Shown here one piece after another: positions 63,190-64,000 of a DNA stretch of 64,000 nucleotides. The notes beneath the pieces are model-generated. The model was given only the letters and a program-made list of their open reading frames with translations, had not been told where the DNA came from and did no database searches. Position numbers and translations under genes: made by a program. The stretch covers positions 60,512,001 to 60,576,000 of the forward strand of contig OX597823.1 in assembly GCA_951406725.2 (NCBI GenBank), in the 5' to 3' direction. How positions within the stretch are numbered: the stretch's first letter is position 1; every line of letters begins with the position of its first letter. This stretch comes from Octopus vulgaris. Lineage: Eukaryota.

Positions 63190-63221
<32 letters not shown>

Positions 63222-64000
63222 TACTAAAGATATGCTGTAATCTGGGTGGAGTAGTGTGTGTGCTTTATAACTGTGTGAGAACGTTGGTATGACATTCCCA
63301 GTAAGGTGACAAAAAAAGAAACCTAAGAACATCTTTGCTGCATGAATGAAGATAATTAATGATGGATTTATAGTTTTGTATGAGACTTGGACGAGATACT
63401 GGATTACTAACTCTGTGACTCATATGTTCAAAACTGCTATTGGGGATTTGTTGTACCTTTAGATAAAACACTTCATTTGGGGCAAAACACTTCATTTAAC
63501 ATTACTACAGTTCACCTGGGTCCTTACAAATAACATATTTTGAGTTAAGAACCGTGATTAGGTCCTAATTTAATAAGGAAGAAATGGCAGGTGTCCTGTA
63601 GTGTAAGCTGGCAATGCTGTTCCCTGGCAGGTGGTAGATACATGGTTTAAATCTTATCAGCGGAATAGTTGCTCATTTCTATCTGTTTATTATATTTAAC
63701 ACAAGTACAATGTTACCAAGAAGTACTATTTGCAGTAGATTGTTATCTTATCCCAGTGAAATTATTTCTCTTATCTGCTTCATACATCGAAACTGGTTGT
63801 TCCTTGTTATCAAAATTATAGAGGCTGAACCTGTAGTTTTTCAAGTGTTTTGCTGCCCAGAAAAGGTAATTTTAATGATGAAGATTTTTATGGTAAAATA
63901 TATACTGACAATAAACACAAAACTATTGTACTCGCCTCTTTCTTCTGTGTATGTATTTTTCATTTTATACTTAAAATGGCATTACCAGTTATTGGGAGTT

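Noticed and set aside
63516-63564. 49-nt minus exon candidate (DLITVLNSKYVICKDP)
   Set aside because: Splice signals plausible but no linked exon; could be chance

Overview
AT-rich, microsatellite-dense eukaryotic DNA. The SINE families and (TA/CA/GA/GAT/TAA)n content point to a coleoid cephalopod, probably Octopus (inference from recalled repeat sequences, not a database hit). Most of the window is interspersed repeats: several modular tRNA-derived SINE families, 3' fragments of RTE, R4/Dong and CR1-like LINEs, a full-length dead Tc1 element with DD36E spacing, a second Tc1 remnant, a Tigger/pogo remnant, and mariner, hAT and piggyBac-type MITEs. Most ORF-track entries are microsatellite or repeat artefacts. 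I hand-assembled a candidate minus-strand multi-exon gene starting at a CpG-rich promoter and ATG at 37635 and running to at least ~5.4 kb. Several of its exons chain in frame but carry in-frame TGA/TAG codons (pseudogene, assembly error or recoding; unresolved). Other notable signals: a minimal type I hammerhead ribozyme (58862-58930, minus), tandemly amplified H-type pseudoknot motifs in an RTE LINE 3' UTR, ~60-90 bp inverted copies of nearby DNA inserted into SINEs, and a repeat family present twice as a fold-back insertion. Repeat boundaries were read by eye and are approximate; SINE family labels A-D are my own.
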